Under the pieces are notes generated by a model. The model searched no databases. It was not told the origin of the DNA and saw only the letters and a program-made list of their open reading frames with translations. The translations under genes and the position numbers were made by a program. Of a DNA stretch of 64,000 nucleotides, positions 46,210 through 54,602 are shown piece after piece (positions within the stretch are counted from its first letter, which is position 1; every line of letters begins with the position of its first letter). The DNA is taken from the NCBI GenBank assembly GCA_045403045.1, contig JAXIPG010000028.1, positions 8,086-72,085 of the forward strand. The letters are read 5' to 3'. The stretch comes from Terrimicrobiaceae bacterium. Lineage in GTDB: Bacteria > Verrucomicrobiota > Verrucomicrobiia > Chthoniobacterales > Terrimicrobiaceae.

Positions 46210-49197
46210 TCATTGAGTGAGCGTCCAGCGCACGCCGCAGTTGGAATGCGCTTCCCAGTAGGGATGCAGGCTGAGACCGTTGGTTTTGGCGACAGCCTTG
46301 TCTTTGCCGTATTCCACACTTGCACCCTCCTCGCCGTTGCCAATCTTGAATACGAAGCCAAAGATGGTTCCGGTCTGGAGCTTGAGATCCGCGAGCTCCG
46401 ATTTTGGAATCGCCATTTCGTAGAGGTAAACGTTTCCGTTGCGCTTGACCACATGGCGCGCCTCCTTCACGACTCCAGTCGTGTTCCTCCCACGCGGCTG
46501 GCGCGGAAAGTCGTGTATGCGCGGCACACCCGGCGCCAGATGACGCCAGAGTTCGCTCTTGCCTCCATCACAGCCATAGAGACTGAACTCGTAATCAGTG
46601 TCCGGCACCGCATGGAACCCATAAGGCACCCGGTCGGCGTCCCCGTCCATGTCGTGCCAGCCGTCGGTCACGTCAAAACCGACCTGCAATCGGTCTCGGC
46701 GGAACGGCAAGGCCGGGAGGTCCGCCTGGCGCGGGCTTTCGGGGCTGTCGGCATAGACATACGGCACCTCGGCGAAGCTTCGACCGGGCGCATTCTTCGC
46801 CAGCCAACTCTTGTACGGTTCGCGCTCGTCGGAGGCCTTGCTATGAAAATACTTGTTCTCATCGCGACCTTCCATCGGGAGAGCATTCTTCTGGTCCGTC
46901 GGATCATTGACCTCCGCGCAAAAGTAAATGTTCTCGTCGTCCCAAGCCATTTTCAAGCGGCCCGACACCAGACCCGGATGTGACTCCTTGAGCGCCAGCC
47001 ACGGACGGCGGAGGACCTCGATGCTGTCCACGCTGTCATCTTGGCCGAAGATGGTCACCCCGGGGATGTCCTTCCAATCGTCCAGATTCCCATCGACAGC
47101 GATTTTCGCCTTCGGTGCCACGGCGCAGTTGAGCACCTCTTTGTAAGCGGCGTTGCCCGCGTCGGAGGTGAAGGCGAATTCGAACGGATACGCATTCGAC
47201 CCCTGCGGCGTGGCGGCCGTGACCGCGAAGGTCACGGTCTTCGTCTCGCCGGCGCCGAGTTCGACCTCCTGCGCGTCGGTTGCCAGCGTGATGTCAGACG
47301 GCGCTTTCACCGTTAGCCTGCCCTTGATTGGGCGGTTCAGGCAGTTGTGCACGCCGACGTTCAGCACGGCGTTCTTGCCCGTGAGCAGGGTCGTAAAATC
47401 GCGCGGCAGAATTTCGACCGGGCGCTTGCCGGTGATCTTCGCCTCGGCCAGGCGCTCGGCGGCGGCCTTCGGTCCTTTCTTGCACGTAATGTAGGACGGG
47501 AAAATGCTCATCGGCAGCTTCACGCTCTTCTCGCCGACATAGCAGGGATTGCCGCTCAGATCGTAGAACTGCAACAACCCGTCGGCATTGTCGATCACCA
47601 TCTCGCCGCCCGGCGAGCCATCCACCTGTGCCCACAGCCGGTCTCTCGCATCAGTCGAGCCGATGCTCACAAGCTGGCCGAAGACCACAAGCAGGGCGTT
47701 GGGGTCCTCGTCCTTCCCGAACTGATAGACCCATGGCAGGTGATTTTGGAAAACGATTTTCTCGAACGGCCGGCCCGTGACGAAATAGTTGAACGCAGCC
47801 GTGGCGGCCACCACGGGACTGGGGATAATGGATCTCTCGTTTCCACCGGGAACATTTTCGAAGAGCACCCGCGGATGCCACGGCGACGCACGATTCTGGC
47901 CGCTGGCCAAAATCTGCGCCGCGCCCTGGGGCAATTGATACTCGGTGCCCACAAACCAAGTCTCCGTCTCCATCGACTCTTTGCCGCGGGCGCGGGCAAC
48001 CATTGGCCCGTAACACCCCCGCGGCACCACGTAGTGATCGGTAAAGATATCAATATGGTGATTGAATTCATCGGAGTCGTCTGAATAGAGCTTGTCTTCG
48101 GTGTTCATGATCGAAGACGTGCCGAGAACCCGCACCCTGGGGTCAACCGATTTCGCAGCACGATAGATGAGCTTCTGAATCTCGCGGTATTGGAGGCAGT
48201 CCCGCGCCCAGCCGGAAATTCCGCCGCCCTCCCAAGGTTCGTTGTAGTTTTCCACACCCCACAGCGCGCCGTTGCCGTTGTCCCAGTAACGCTTGACGAA
48301 CTCCTTCATCCATTTCTCGTATGCCGGGTAGTATTTGGGATCGCACACCCAGTCCGCTCTGCCGCCATACGGGCTGCCATCCCAGCCTGGCTCAACCGCT
48401 GCTGGCGTCTGATTCGGAGCGAACGGCCAGCTCCAGTTCGGAGTCGCCCCTGGCATCGACATGATTTTGCAACCTGCCTCTTTGGCCGCTTCGTACATGC
48501 TATCGTAATCTGCCCAGTCGAAGCTGCCGTCTTTCTTTTCGTTCCAGCTTCCTTCCGCCCGCCAGCCCCGAATACCCATGCGTGCATAGACTTTAGCCTT
48601 CCACGGCTTGTCGATAAATCCGCCTTCGCCGAAGATCGGGACGTTGTCGATGGTGCCGTCAGCCCGCGGAGCGGGCACGCGGGCCACTGTGCCAAGGAAC
48701 TGGCGCTCGTTACCACGGCAAAGGATCAAGGCGTAGGTACCGAAGCGCTTGGGCACAGGAAGATTCTTGAGTTCGACCGGAATTTCGTCTGCGCCTCCGA
48801 AATCCACCGTGAAATCATGCTTCACCGGGATGCCGGTCAGGTCAAAGAGCGGCGCTTTGCCGCTTGTATCAGTCCAACCCGTCATGCCCCCAGCAACTTT
48901 CCCCGGAGTCCGGGTGCCAACCTCCTGAATCTCCAGCGAGAAAGGAACGTTTCCGTTCAAATCGCCCTTCTTGAACGCAAGCTTTAGATCAACCGGCTCG
49001 TCGCTCAAAAATAGCTGGCCTGGCGAGCTGCTTTCCACGAAACGGAAGCGGTCATTCGGGAGCGAGCATTTCAACTCCTTCATGTTGTCTTCCTGGACCA
49101 TGATCTCATCAGCCCGGATTGCGGCGACAGATGCGAAGCAAACCGCGCCGATGAGGAGGGTAAAGCGGATTGCTGGGGAGATTCTTGCTTTGTTCAT
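46210..49197 (-). CDS. Secreted ~995-aa glycoside-hydrolase-like protein with CBM9/DOMON-like C-domain (paralogue A)
   Basis: ATG 49197 gives MNKARISPAIRFTLLIGAVCFASVAAIRA (signal peptide). 'WGVENYNEPWEGGGISGWA' is NEP-type. C-terminal 'VDGNLDDWKDIPGVTIFG...MAWDDENIYFCAEVND' is CBM9-like. Paralogue of 54603..57584. Confidence 0.7.
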   Translation of the reverse strand: MNKARISPAIRFTLLIGAVCFASVAAIRADEIMVQEDNMKELKCSLPNDRFRFVESSSPGQLFLSDEPVDLKLAFKKGDLNGNVPFSLEIQEVGTRTPGKVAGGMTGWTDTSGKAPLFDLTGIPVKHDFTVDFGGADEIPVELKNLPVPKRFGTYALILCRGNERQFLGTVARVPAPRADGTIDNVPIFGEGGFIDKPWKAKVYARMGIRGWRAEGSWNEKKDGSFDWADYDSMYEAAKEAGCKIMSMPGATPNWSWPFAPNQTPAAVEPGWDGSPYGGRADWVCDPKYYPAYEKWMKEFVKRYWDNGNGALWGVENYNEPWEGGGISGWARDCLQYREIQKLIYRAAKSVDPRVRVLGTSSIMNTEDKLYSDDSDEFNHHIDIFTDHYVVPRGCYGPMVARARGKESMETETWFVGTEYQLPQGAAQILASGQNRASPWHPRVLFENVPGGNERSIIPSPVVAATAAFNYFVTGRPFEKIVFQNHLPWVYQFGKDEDPNALLVVFGQLVSIGSTDARDRLWAQVDGSPGGEMVIDNADGLLQFYDLSGNPCYVGEKSVKLPMSIFPSYITCKKGPKAAAERLAEAKITGKRPVEILPRDFTTLLTGKNAVLNVGVHNCLNRPIKGRLTVKAPSDITLATDAQEVELGAGETKTVTFAVTAATPQGSNAYPFEFAFTSDAGNAAYKEVLNCAVAPKAKIAVDGNLDDWKDIPGVTIFGQDDSVDSIEVLRRPWLALKESHPGLVSGRLKMAWDDENIYFCAEVNDPTDQKNALPMEGRDENKYFHSKASDEREPYKSWLAKNAPGRSFAEVPYVYADSPESPRQADLPALPFRRDRLQVGFDVTDGWHDMDGDADRVPYGFHAVPDTDYEFSLYGCDGGKSELWRHLAPGVPRIHDFPRQPRGRNTTGVVKEARHVVKRNGNVYLYEMAIPKSELADLKLQTGTIFGFVFKIGNGEEGASVEYGKDKAVAKTNGLSLHPYWEAHSNCGVRWTLTQ

Positions 49198-49317
49198 AGG
49201 CTTGATTGGTCCACTTTCATGAGGCCTTCCATGAGCTGAAGGACTTCGATTTGCAGTCCCGGAATCGTTACTTCTCAAATTCCGCCTCCCGATGGCTTGA
49301 GCGAATCCCTTAAGCGG

Positions 49318-49520
49318 AATGCAAGCGAGCGCTGCTTTTATCCCGGGGCAGGAAGCTACCACCAAAATACATGGGCAATACGGACCACGGCCTTGAGGCC
49401 AATGGTTGTCTAAGTTGTTTCTTTTCGGCTTTCGAGGGCCAGGACTGGTCGACGTAGTTTTGCAAAAGAATTTCCAGGATGAGAATGTGTTGAATTGGCG
49501 TTATAAGTCAAGCGTGCGTT
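49318..49520 (+). repeat. Copy of the ~200-bp upstream/leader region of the exostosin-like gene (partner 59700-59905)
   Basis: Shared blocks include gcgagcgctgctttt, tttcttttcggct, ctggtcgac.tagttt, gaatgtgttgaa and ataagtcaagcg.gcgttg. Confidence 0.8.
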
Positions 49521-49700
49521 GCACTCCAGGATCTGCCTCGCTCCGAGGGGACATCCTTCGAGACCTTCCGGCACGACGAGGCCGCGAGCGTGGGCTGTGT
49601 TGTCGTCTCGGGCGCACTTCCTCCGACGTATCGGAAAATGCTTGCGGACTCCGGATGGATCCCACGACATCTGGTTATTCCCTGGACAATCGGCTGGCTG
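49521..49700 (+). pseudogene. 3'-terminal remnant of an exostosin-like glycosyltransferase gene (internal ~850 bp deleted, frameshifted)
   Basis: 'atctgcct.gctccg.gggacatccttcgagaccttccggcac.acgaggccgcgagcgtgggctg' matches 60759-60840 of the intact gene. It is joined directly to the duplicated leader. Confidence 0.75.
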
Positions 49701-49815
49701 GCATCCGCAGTTCGCGCAGCGATCAGGCGCCGTTATTCGAAGCAGCTTCGCCGGCTTCTGATCGGCCTGATCTCAAGGCGCTGCCCCTGCGCTCGCAAGA
49801 GGTATGTTGCCTCGT

Positions 49816-50610
49816 TCAGCCCGAGAAAGCGCGGTATCCTTTCGGATCGATCTCGACGACACCAAACCCCACCTGGCGCAAACCCTGGCAGACCTGATCG
49901 CGCAACCCCGCCAGGCGCTCCATCTCCTCCGGCGCAATCTGCACGCGCGCGCCTGAGGGCGCCAGGTAACGAACGCGAAAAACACGAAATCCCAGCGCGC
50001 GCACCGTCTCCTCGCCACGCTCAATCAATCCCAGAGCCTCGCGTGTCACGGTCGTGCCGTGCGGAATGCGCGAGGACAAGCAAGGTTGGGCCGGCGCGTC
50101 GGCAGTTGGCAGACCATAGACGCGGGAGAGTTCGCGCACTTCTGCCTTGGTTAAGCCTGCCTCCCTCAGCGGGGCAACCACCGCGAACTCGGCGGCGGCT
50201 TTTGAGCCAGGGCGCAGGTGCGCGGGGTCATCGGCGTTCTCGCCATACGCAATGGCGGAAAATCCGCGCTCGCGCGCCAGGGCATTCATCTTCGCAAACA
50301 GTTCCGCTTTGCAATAGTAGCAGCGGTTCGGAGGGTTGCTCGCATACTGCTCATTCTCAAATTCTTGGGTTGCTATCACTTCGACTCTTGCGCCAAGGGA
50401 GCGCGCGACGTTGAGCGCTGCGGCCAGCGCCCGCCGCGGAAGACTCGGGCTATCGGCGACGACTCCGATCACGGAATCACCAAGCGCTTTATGCGCCATC
50501 GCCAGCAGGCACGTGCTATCCACACCGCCAGAATACGCCACCAGGAGCGGTGCATGCGCACGAAGCAACTCTTCCAGTCGGCGGATCTTTTCTAACATTT
50601 GAAGCTTCAT
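49816..50610 (-). CDS. PP-loop ATP pyrophosphatase, LarE-like (TIGR00268-type sulfur transferase family)
   Basis: 'LLVAYSGGVDSTCLLAMA' PP-loop. 'RCYYCK'. 'PAQPCLSSRIPHG' matches the LarE Cys-containing motif. 'FRVFRVRY'. Confidence 0.7.
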   Translation of the reverse strand: MKLQMLEKIRRLEELLRAHAPLLVAYSGGVDSTCLLAMAHKALGDSVIGVVADSPSLPRRALAAALNVARSLGARVEVIATQEFENEQYASNPPNRCYYCKAELFAKMNALARERGFSAIAYGENADDPAHLRPGSKAAAEFAVVAPLREAGLTKAEVRELSRVYGLPTADAPAQPCLSSRIPHGTTVTREALGLIERGEETVRALGFRVFRVRYLAPSGARVQIAPEEMERLAGLRDQVCQGLRQVGFGVVEIDPKGYRAFSG

Positions 50611-50619
50611 GCGTGCTGA

Positions 50620-51447
50620 TTACAAATTCAGCCGCGCGAAGAGCGAATCAAGAGGCATCTGAAGACCGATGAAAAACTCGCCAAACTCCGCGTACTGCGC
50701 ACTCACCTCATCGAAACGCATTTCATACACGATGACCTTGATCTCGGAGGTTGTCTTCGCAAAGAGCGTAACCGCCCACTCCATGTCGTCGAGACCCGTG
50801 GAGCCGGTGATGAGCTGGAGAACGCGTCCTGCATAAGTCCGTCCCACACGAGCGTGACCGCCCATAAGCTTCCTGCGGCTTGGGAAATCCAGCGCATACC
50901 AGTTCTGCCCCGGACTACCCCGGCGTTTGGACATTGGATAGAAGCAAATGACCGGCCAGTCGGGCAGATTTGGATTAAGCCGGTCGTTGAGATACTTCGC
51001 CATGCGCGCTCGAAAACCAGCCACCTTCTCTTCGAACTCCGGCGAGCCGGGAGCGAGCTTTTCCTCCTTTTCGAGCGTCTGGGCATATTCGTTTTCGCTC
51101 GTTGTGTATTCGCTGCGTTCGGTCATCGAAAGCCAGGAAAATTCCGGCGTGAGGATTCCCGGTCCAAGCGCAAGGCCGAGCTGTTTGGCAAAGGCGTCGG
51201 CCGTATGCAGATCGCGGGTGAGTAACATGAAACCCAAATCCGATTTCGGCGAAACGATGCTGAAGGTCAGCAGCTGGGTGGCGGGAGTGGCGCGGATCTC
51301 CTGAACCAGTGAGGCCAGTGCCGTCTTTGCCGCAATTTTCTGCGTGCCCTCAAGCAGATCCCACGCGGCATAATCGACGCGAAAAAAGAGATGGAGCACG
51401 TGCCGGCCTTCAACCGGAAGAACGGGATCGAGCAAAGGCGTTTCCAT
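50620..51447 (-). CDS. Chlorite dismutase-family protein (HemQ/coproheme decarboxylase-like)
   Basis: 'HVLHLFFRVDY', 'ICFYPMSKRR', 'NWYALDF..RRKLMGGHARVGRTYAGRVLQLITGSTGLDDMEWAVTLFA', 'IVYEMRFDEVSAQYAEFG'. Start chosen at METPLL (51447); the longer ORF runs to 51648. Confidence 0.75.
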   Translation of the reverse strand: METPLLDPVLPVEGRHVLHLFFRVDYAAWDLLEGTQKIAAKTALASLVQEIRATPATQLLTFSIVSPKSDLGFMLLTRDLHTADAFAKQLGLALGPGILTPEFSWLSMTERSEYTTSENEYAQTLEKEEKLAPGSPEFEEKVAGFRARMAKYLNDRLNPNLPDWPVICFYPMSKRRGSPGQNWYALDFPSRRKLMGGHARVGRTYAGRVLQLITGSTGLDDMEWAVTLFAKTTSEIKVIVYEMRFDEVSAQYAEFGEFFIGLQMPLDSLFARLNL

Positions 51448-51764
51448 AAGCAGCTTGTCTGGCTTTGAATCGTGGCTGTTGTATCCGCGGAATGATTGTA
51501 GCTTCGAAAAAAAAGGCCTCCTTCCGACAGACTGCATGGTGCTTCGCGCCGAAGAAAGGCAAAACTCCACGCTCCCCTCCGCAACAGCAAATCGGAGCTT
51601 TCCCTCCGCAAAGCGGCTATTTGCCCGACGGTATCGCCGTCTTTGCATGCCGCCGATATTTCAATGCTTCGACGGGGGTGCTTTGCTCGCCGGCAAATTG
51701 CTGAAAAAACGATTGCAATCCGCAGGTGGGACCGTAGTTTGCGGCAACGGAGCAGGTAATACCT

Positions 51765-51998
51765 ATGGCAGATTTAGCAAACAAATATCCGCAAAATGTC
51801 ACCGGCAGATACTTCGTGGATGATCAATGCATCGACTGCGACCTTTGCCGCGAGACAGCGCCTGCGAATTTCACGCGAAATGACGATGGCGGTCACAGCT
51901 ATGTCTATAAGCAGCCGGAGTCACCCGAAGAGGAGGCTCTCTGCAAGGAGGCAATGGAAGGCTGCCCGGTCGAAGCCATCGGAGACGACGGCGAATAG
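51765..51998 (+). CDS. Small ferredoxin (single Fe-S cluster type)
   Basis: 77 aa. 'CIDCDLCRETAP' (CxxCxxC) and a distal 'CPVEAI'. Confidence 0.8.
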   Translation: MADLANKYPQNVTGRYFVDDQCIDCDLCRETAPANFTRNDDGGHSYVYKQPESPEEEALCKEAMEGCPVEAIGDDGE

Positions 51999-52026
51999 CT
52001 TGGCGCCTTTCCAAATCCTCATGTCG

Positions 52027-52057
52027 AGGCCTCCACTCTCACGGAGGCCTTTTTATT
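52027..52057 (+). terminator. Rho-independent terminator after the ferredoxin gene
   Basis: AGGCCTCC-actctcac-GGAGGCCT followed by TTTTATT. 8-bp GC-rich stem. Confidence 0.7.
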
Positions 52058-52058
52058 G

Positions 52059-52415
52059 ATGCGCGTCGAGGAAATCCGCAAGCGAGTTCTGGAGGACTGG
52101 CGTGGCATGCCCGAAGAAGCGACGCGCCCCGAGCGCTGCGTCCCCGCAGCTGATGCGCTGAAAAGGCTTCTTCACAGGCTCGGCCTGACCGAACGCCTCA
52201 ACGAGCAGGAGATTCAGGCCGCATGGCGCGAGATCGTGGGAGATTTCCTCGCTGAGCATTCGCTTCCTGTATCCATGCGCGACGGCGTTCTGGTCGTTCA
52301 GGTCATCCAGCCCGCGGTGCGCTACGAACTCGACCGCTCATGGAAACGAAGCATCTTGCGAAAACTCCAAGCCCGTTTCGAAAAGACTGTGCGCGAAGTG
52401 CGCTTCCGCGCGTAA
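52059..52415 (+). CDS. DUF721 (DciA-like) protein
   Basis: 'AWREIVGDFLAEHSLPVSMRDGVLVVQVIQPAVRYELD' matches the DUF721 pattern. ~118 aa. Confidence 0.55.
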   Translation: MRVEEIRKRVLEDWRGMPEEATRPERCVPAADALKRLLHRLGLTERLNEQEIQAAWREIVGDFLAEHSLPVSMRDGVLVVQVIQPAVRYELDRSWKRSILRKLQARFEKTVREVRFRA

Positions 52416-52442
52416 TCTCCATGCGCTTGGACGCTTGGTTTC

Positions 52443-52799
52443 ATGGACGTGATCATCATCAAGGGACTCGAAGTCAACGCGTGCGTCGGCGTCTCCGATG
52501 AGGAGCGAAGGAACTCTCAGCGGCTTCAGATCGATGCCATTCTCACCCCACTGACAGAGTTTTCGGCACTCGCGGACGATATCAGTCGCACCGTGGACTA
52601 CCACGCGGCAGCCCGGCGGATCGTCAGCGTTGCGGCCTCACGGCCGCGGCGCCTTATCGAAACGCTGGCTAGCGAGATCGCCGAGGCGCTTGTCGGCGAA
52701 TTTCGCGCCCTGCGCGCGGAAGTGGAAGTGCGCAAGTTCATTCTGCCTGACACCAAATACGTGGCGGTCCGCTGCATTTGCGACCGGCAGGCTGAATAA
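52443..52799 (+). CDS. folB: Dihydroneopterin aldolase
   Basis: 'IIIKGLEVNACVGVSDEERRNSQRLQIDAIL', 'DDISRTVDYHAAARRI', 'LIETLASEIAEAL', 'VEVRK'. Confidence 0.75.
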   Translation: MDVIIIKGLEVNACVGVSDEERRNSQRLQIDAILTPLTEFSALADDISRTVDYHAAARRIVSVAASRPRRLIETLASEIAEALVGEFRALRAEVEVRKFILPDTKYVAVRCICDRQAE

Positions 52800-52942
52800 T
52801 ACGGCGGATCCAAAGAATCTCGGCGGGCGCAAAGAATTGTGGAGTGTTCGCTTGTAAGCCAAATGCCGTTGTGTCTCCTGCTATTTTTCTTGCCTTCGCA
52901 AATCCGGAAACTAAGCAGGCTCATAGGAGTTTGCCCCTTAAG

Positions 52943-53518
52943 ATGATTCCGCCCTTCGCCAGCAAGGATGAAATTGATCCCGCCGTAATACGGCGCGTGG
53001 CGGAAGGCGATGCCGTCGCATTCGAGCGGGTCTATGACGCCTTTTCGGGGATTCTCTATTCGCTCGCGCTGCGCATGCTCGATCGGCCCGAGGATACAGA
53101 AGAACTCCTGCAGGAGGTCTTCACAAAAATCTGGAGGGATGCCGCCGACTACGACCCGCGCCGCGGCGCCCCGCTGGCCTGGGCCATCACGATCACTCGG
53201 CACAAGGCGATTGACAGGATCCGCGCCACGGCAAGACGCCTGCGCCTTTACGAAGCTGCGGAAGCAGAAGCAAAGGGCAACCTGCCCTCGATCTCCCAGC
53301 CCGCACACGCCGCCGAGCAGTCGGAGAACGCGAAGGCTGTCCGGGAGTCTCTCGGAATGCTCCCACCGGAGGTGCGCGAATCCATCGAGCTCGCTTTCTT
53401 CGGCGGGCTTTCGCACAGCCAGATCGCCGAAAGGCTTTCTGTTCCCCTTACGACGGTTAAAAGCCGCATACGTCGCGCCATGATGCATCTACGGCAATCC
53501 CTGAAACAATACGCATGA
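52943..53518 (+). CDS. ECF-type RNA polymerase sigma factor (SigK-like)
   Basis: Region 2 'LLQEVFTKIWRDAADYDPRRGAPLAWAITITRHKAIDRIR'. Region 4 'IELAFFGGLSHSQIAERLSVPLTTVKSRIRRAM'. Stop overlaps the next gene start. Confidence 0.85.
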   Translation: MIPPFASKDEIDPAVIRRVAEGDAVAFERVYDAFSGILYSLALRMLDRPEDTEELLQEVFTKIWRDAADYDPRRGAPLAWAITITRHKAIDRIRATARRLRLYEAAEAEAKGNLPSISQPAHAAEQSENAKAVRESLGMLPPEVRESIELAFFGGLSHSQIAERLSVPLTTVKSRIRRAMMHLRQSLKQYA

Positions 53519-54348
53519 GCTCGGAGGAACGAGAGGAATTGGCCTCGCTTTATGTCCTCGGTGTGCTTGAGGGAAGCGAGCTCGCCGCGTTTGAGCGTGA
53601 GCTGGTGGCTCACCCCGAGCTGGCAGCGCTGGTTGCTGAATTGGAGACGGCCTCCACACTCCTTGCCACGTCCGTTCCGCAACACCCGGCTCCTGATGTT
53701 TTGCGGCATTCCATCTTGCGCCAAATCAAGAGCCCCCGCCCGGCCGCAGAGCCCACTCCTCGATCAATCTTCTCCTTCGGCTGGGTGCCATGGGCGATTG
53801 CCGCAGGATTGACCGTTTGCTGCGCCGTGCTCTGGAATGAAAGATCCCGGCTGTCTACGGCAATCGGAAGTATCGAGAAGGAGAACCAATCCCTCACGGT
53901 CCGAATTGCCGGCCTTGACTCCGAGCGCGTCCGCCTTGAAACCCGCATCAGCACTCTCGAGAACGAAAAGAACAAACTTCAAGTGCGGGTCGCCTCCCTC
54001 GAAGCGCGTGATCCTCTCAGAGAGATCCAACCGGTTATGTTTGCCGCGCAACCGGGAGCCCCCGCCGGCGCCGAAGTCGTGGCACTATGGGATCCGCAGC
54101 GACGAGAAGGAGCCCTCCATCTTGCCAAGCTTCCTGAACCCGGACCCGACAAGGATTATCAGCTTTGGATCATAACGCCTGAATCGAAGCAGCCGCTGGA
54201 TGCCGGAGTCATTCCCGCTGCGTCAGATAGCCTCACCTTCAGTGCCGCGCAACCCGTCAGCCGGGTCGCGGCGCTAGCGATCTCCGTCGAGCCCAAGGGA
54301 GGATCTGTGACTCCGCGAGGCCCAGTAATTTATCTAGGGAAGTTGTGA
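53515..54348 (+). CDS. Anti-sigma factor, RskA-like
   Basis: ATGA overlap with the sigma gene. N-terminal 'LASLYVLGVLEGSELAAFERELVAHPELAALVAELE', central TM 'WVPWAIAAGLTVCCAVLW', C-terminal 'DKDYQLWII...LAISVEPKGGS' (RskA domain). Confidence 0.8.
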   Translation: MSSEEREELASLYVLGVLEGSELAAFERELVAHPELAALVAELETASTLLATSVPQHPAPDVLRHSILRQIKSPRPAAEPTPRSIFSFGWVPWAIAAGLTVCCAVLWNERSRLSTAIGSIEKENQSLTVRIAGLDSERVRLETRISTLENEKNKLQVRVASLEARDPLREIQPVMFAAQPGAPAGAEVVALWDPQRREGALHLAKLPEPGPDKDYQLWIITPESKQPLDAGVIPAASDSLTFSAAQPVSRVAALAISVEPKGGSVTPRGPVIYLGKL

Positions 54349-54602
54349 TCCGTTGGTGTGCGGAGTCATAGAGCAAATGCCGAAATAAATTTCCGAAATG
54401 GTGGCAGCGTTGATGGGGAGAAGGGGACCCCATCATCCCCTTCGGGGTCTCTGGCAAGGCGCGGAGGCAGGTCATGAAGACCCCATTTCAAAGGCTTGAT
54501 TTCAGCGATCGTGGAGCGTTGGGGAGGCGAGGCATGCGGCCCCGGTCATAGCGAGGTCAGGGTACACAAGATTGCCTCTCCGGCGCACCGTAGTCGATCG
54601 GT

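Noticed and set aside
46213-48987. Plus-strand ORFs 46213..46983, 47347..48084 and 48190..48987, and their twins 54639..56474 and 56580..57401
   Set aside because: They are antisense shadows of the two GH paralogues. They are duplicated only because the sense genes are duplicated, they have low-complexity R/H/P-rich composition, and they are broken differently in the two copies.
54425-54448. Hairpin GACCCC-N12-GGGGTC downstream of the anti-sigma gene, considered as a terminator
   Set aside because: The stem is short, the loop is 12 nt and no T-run follows. It is not convincing as an intrinsic terminator.
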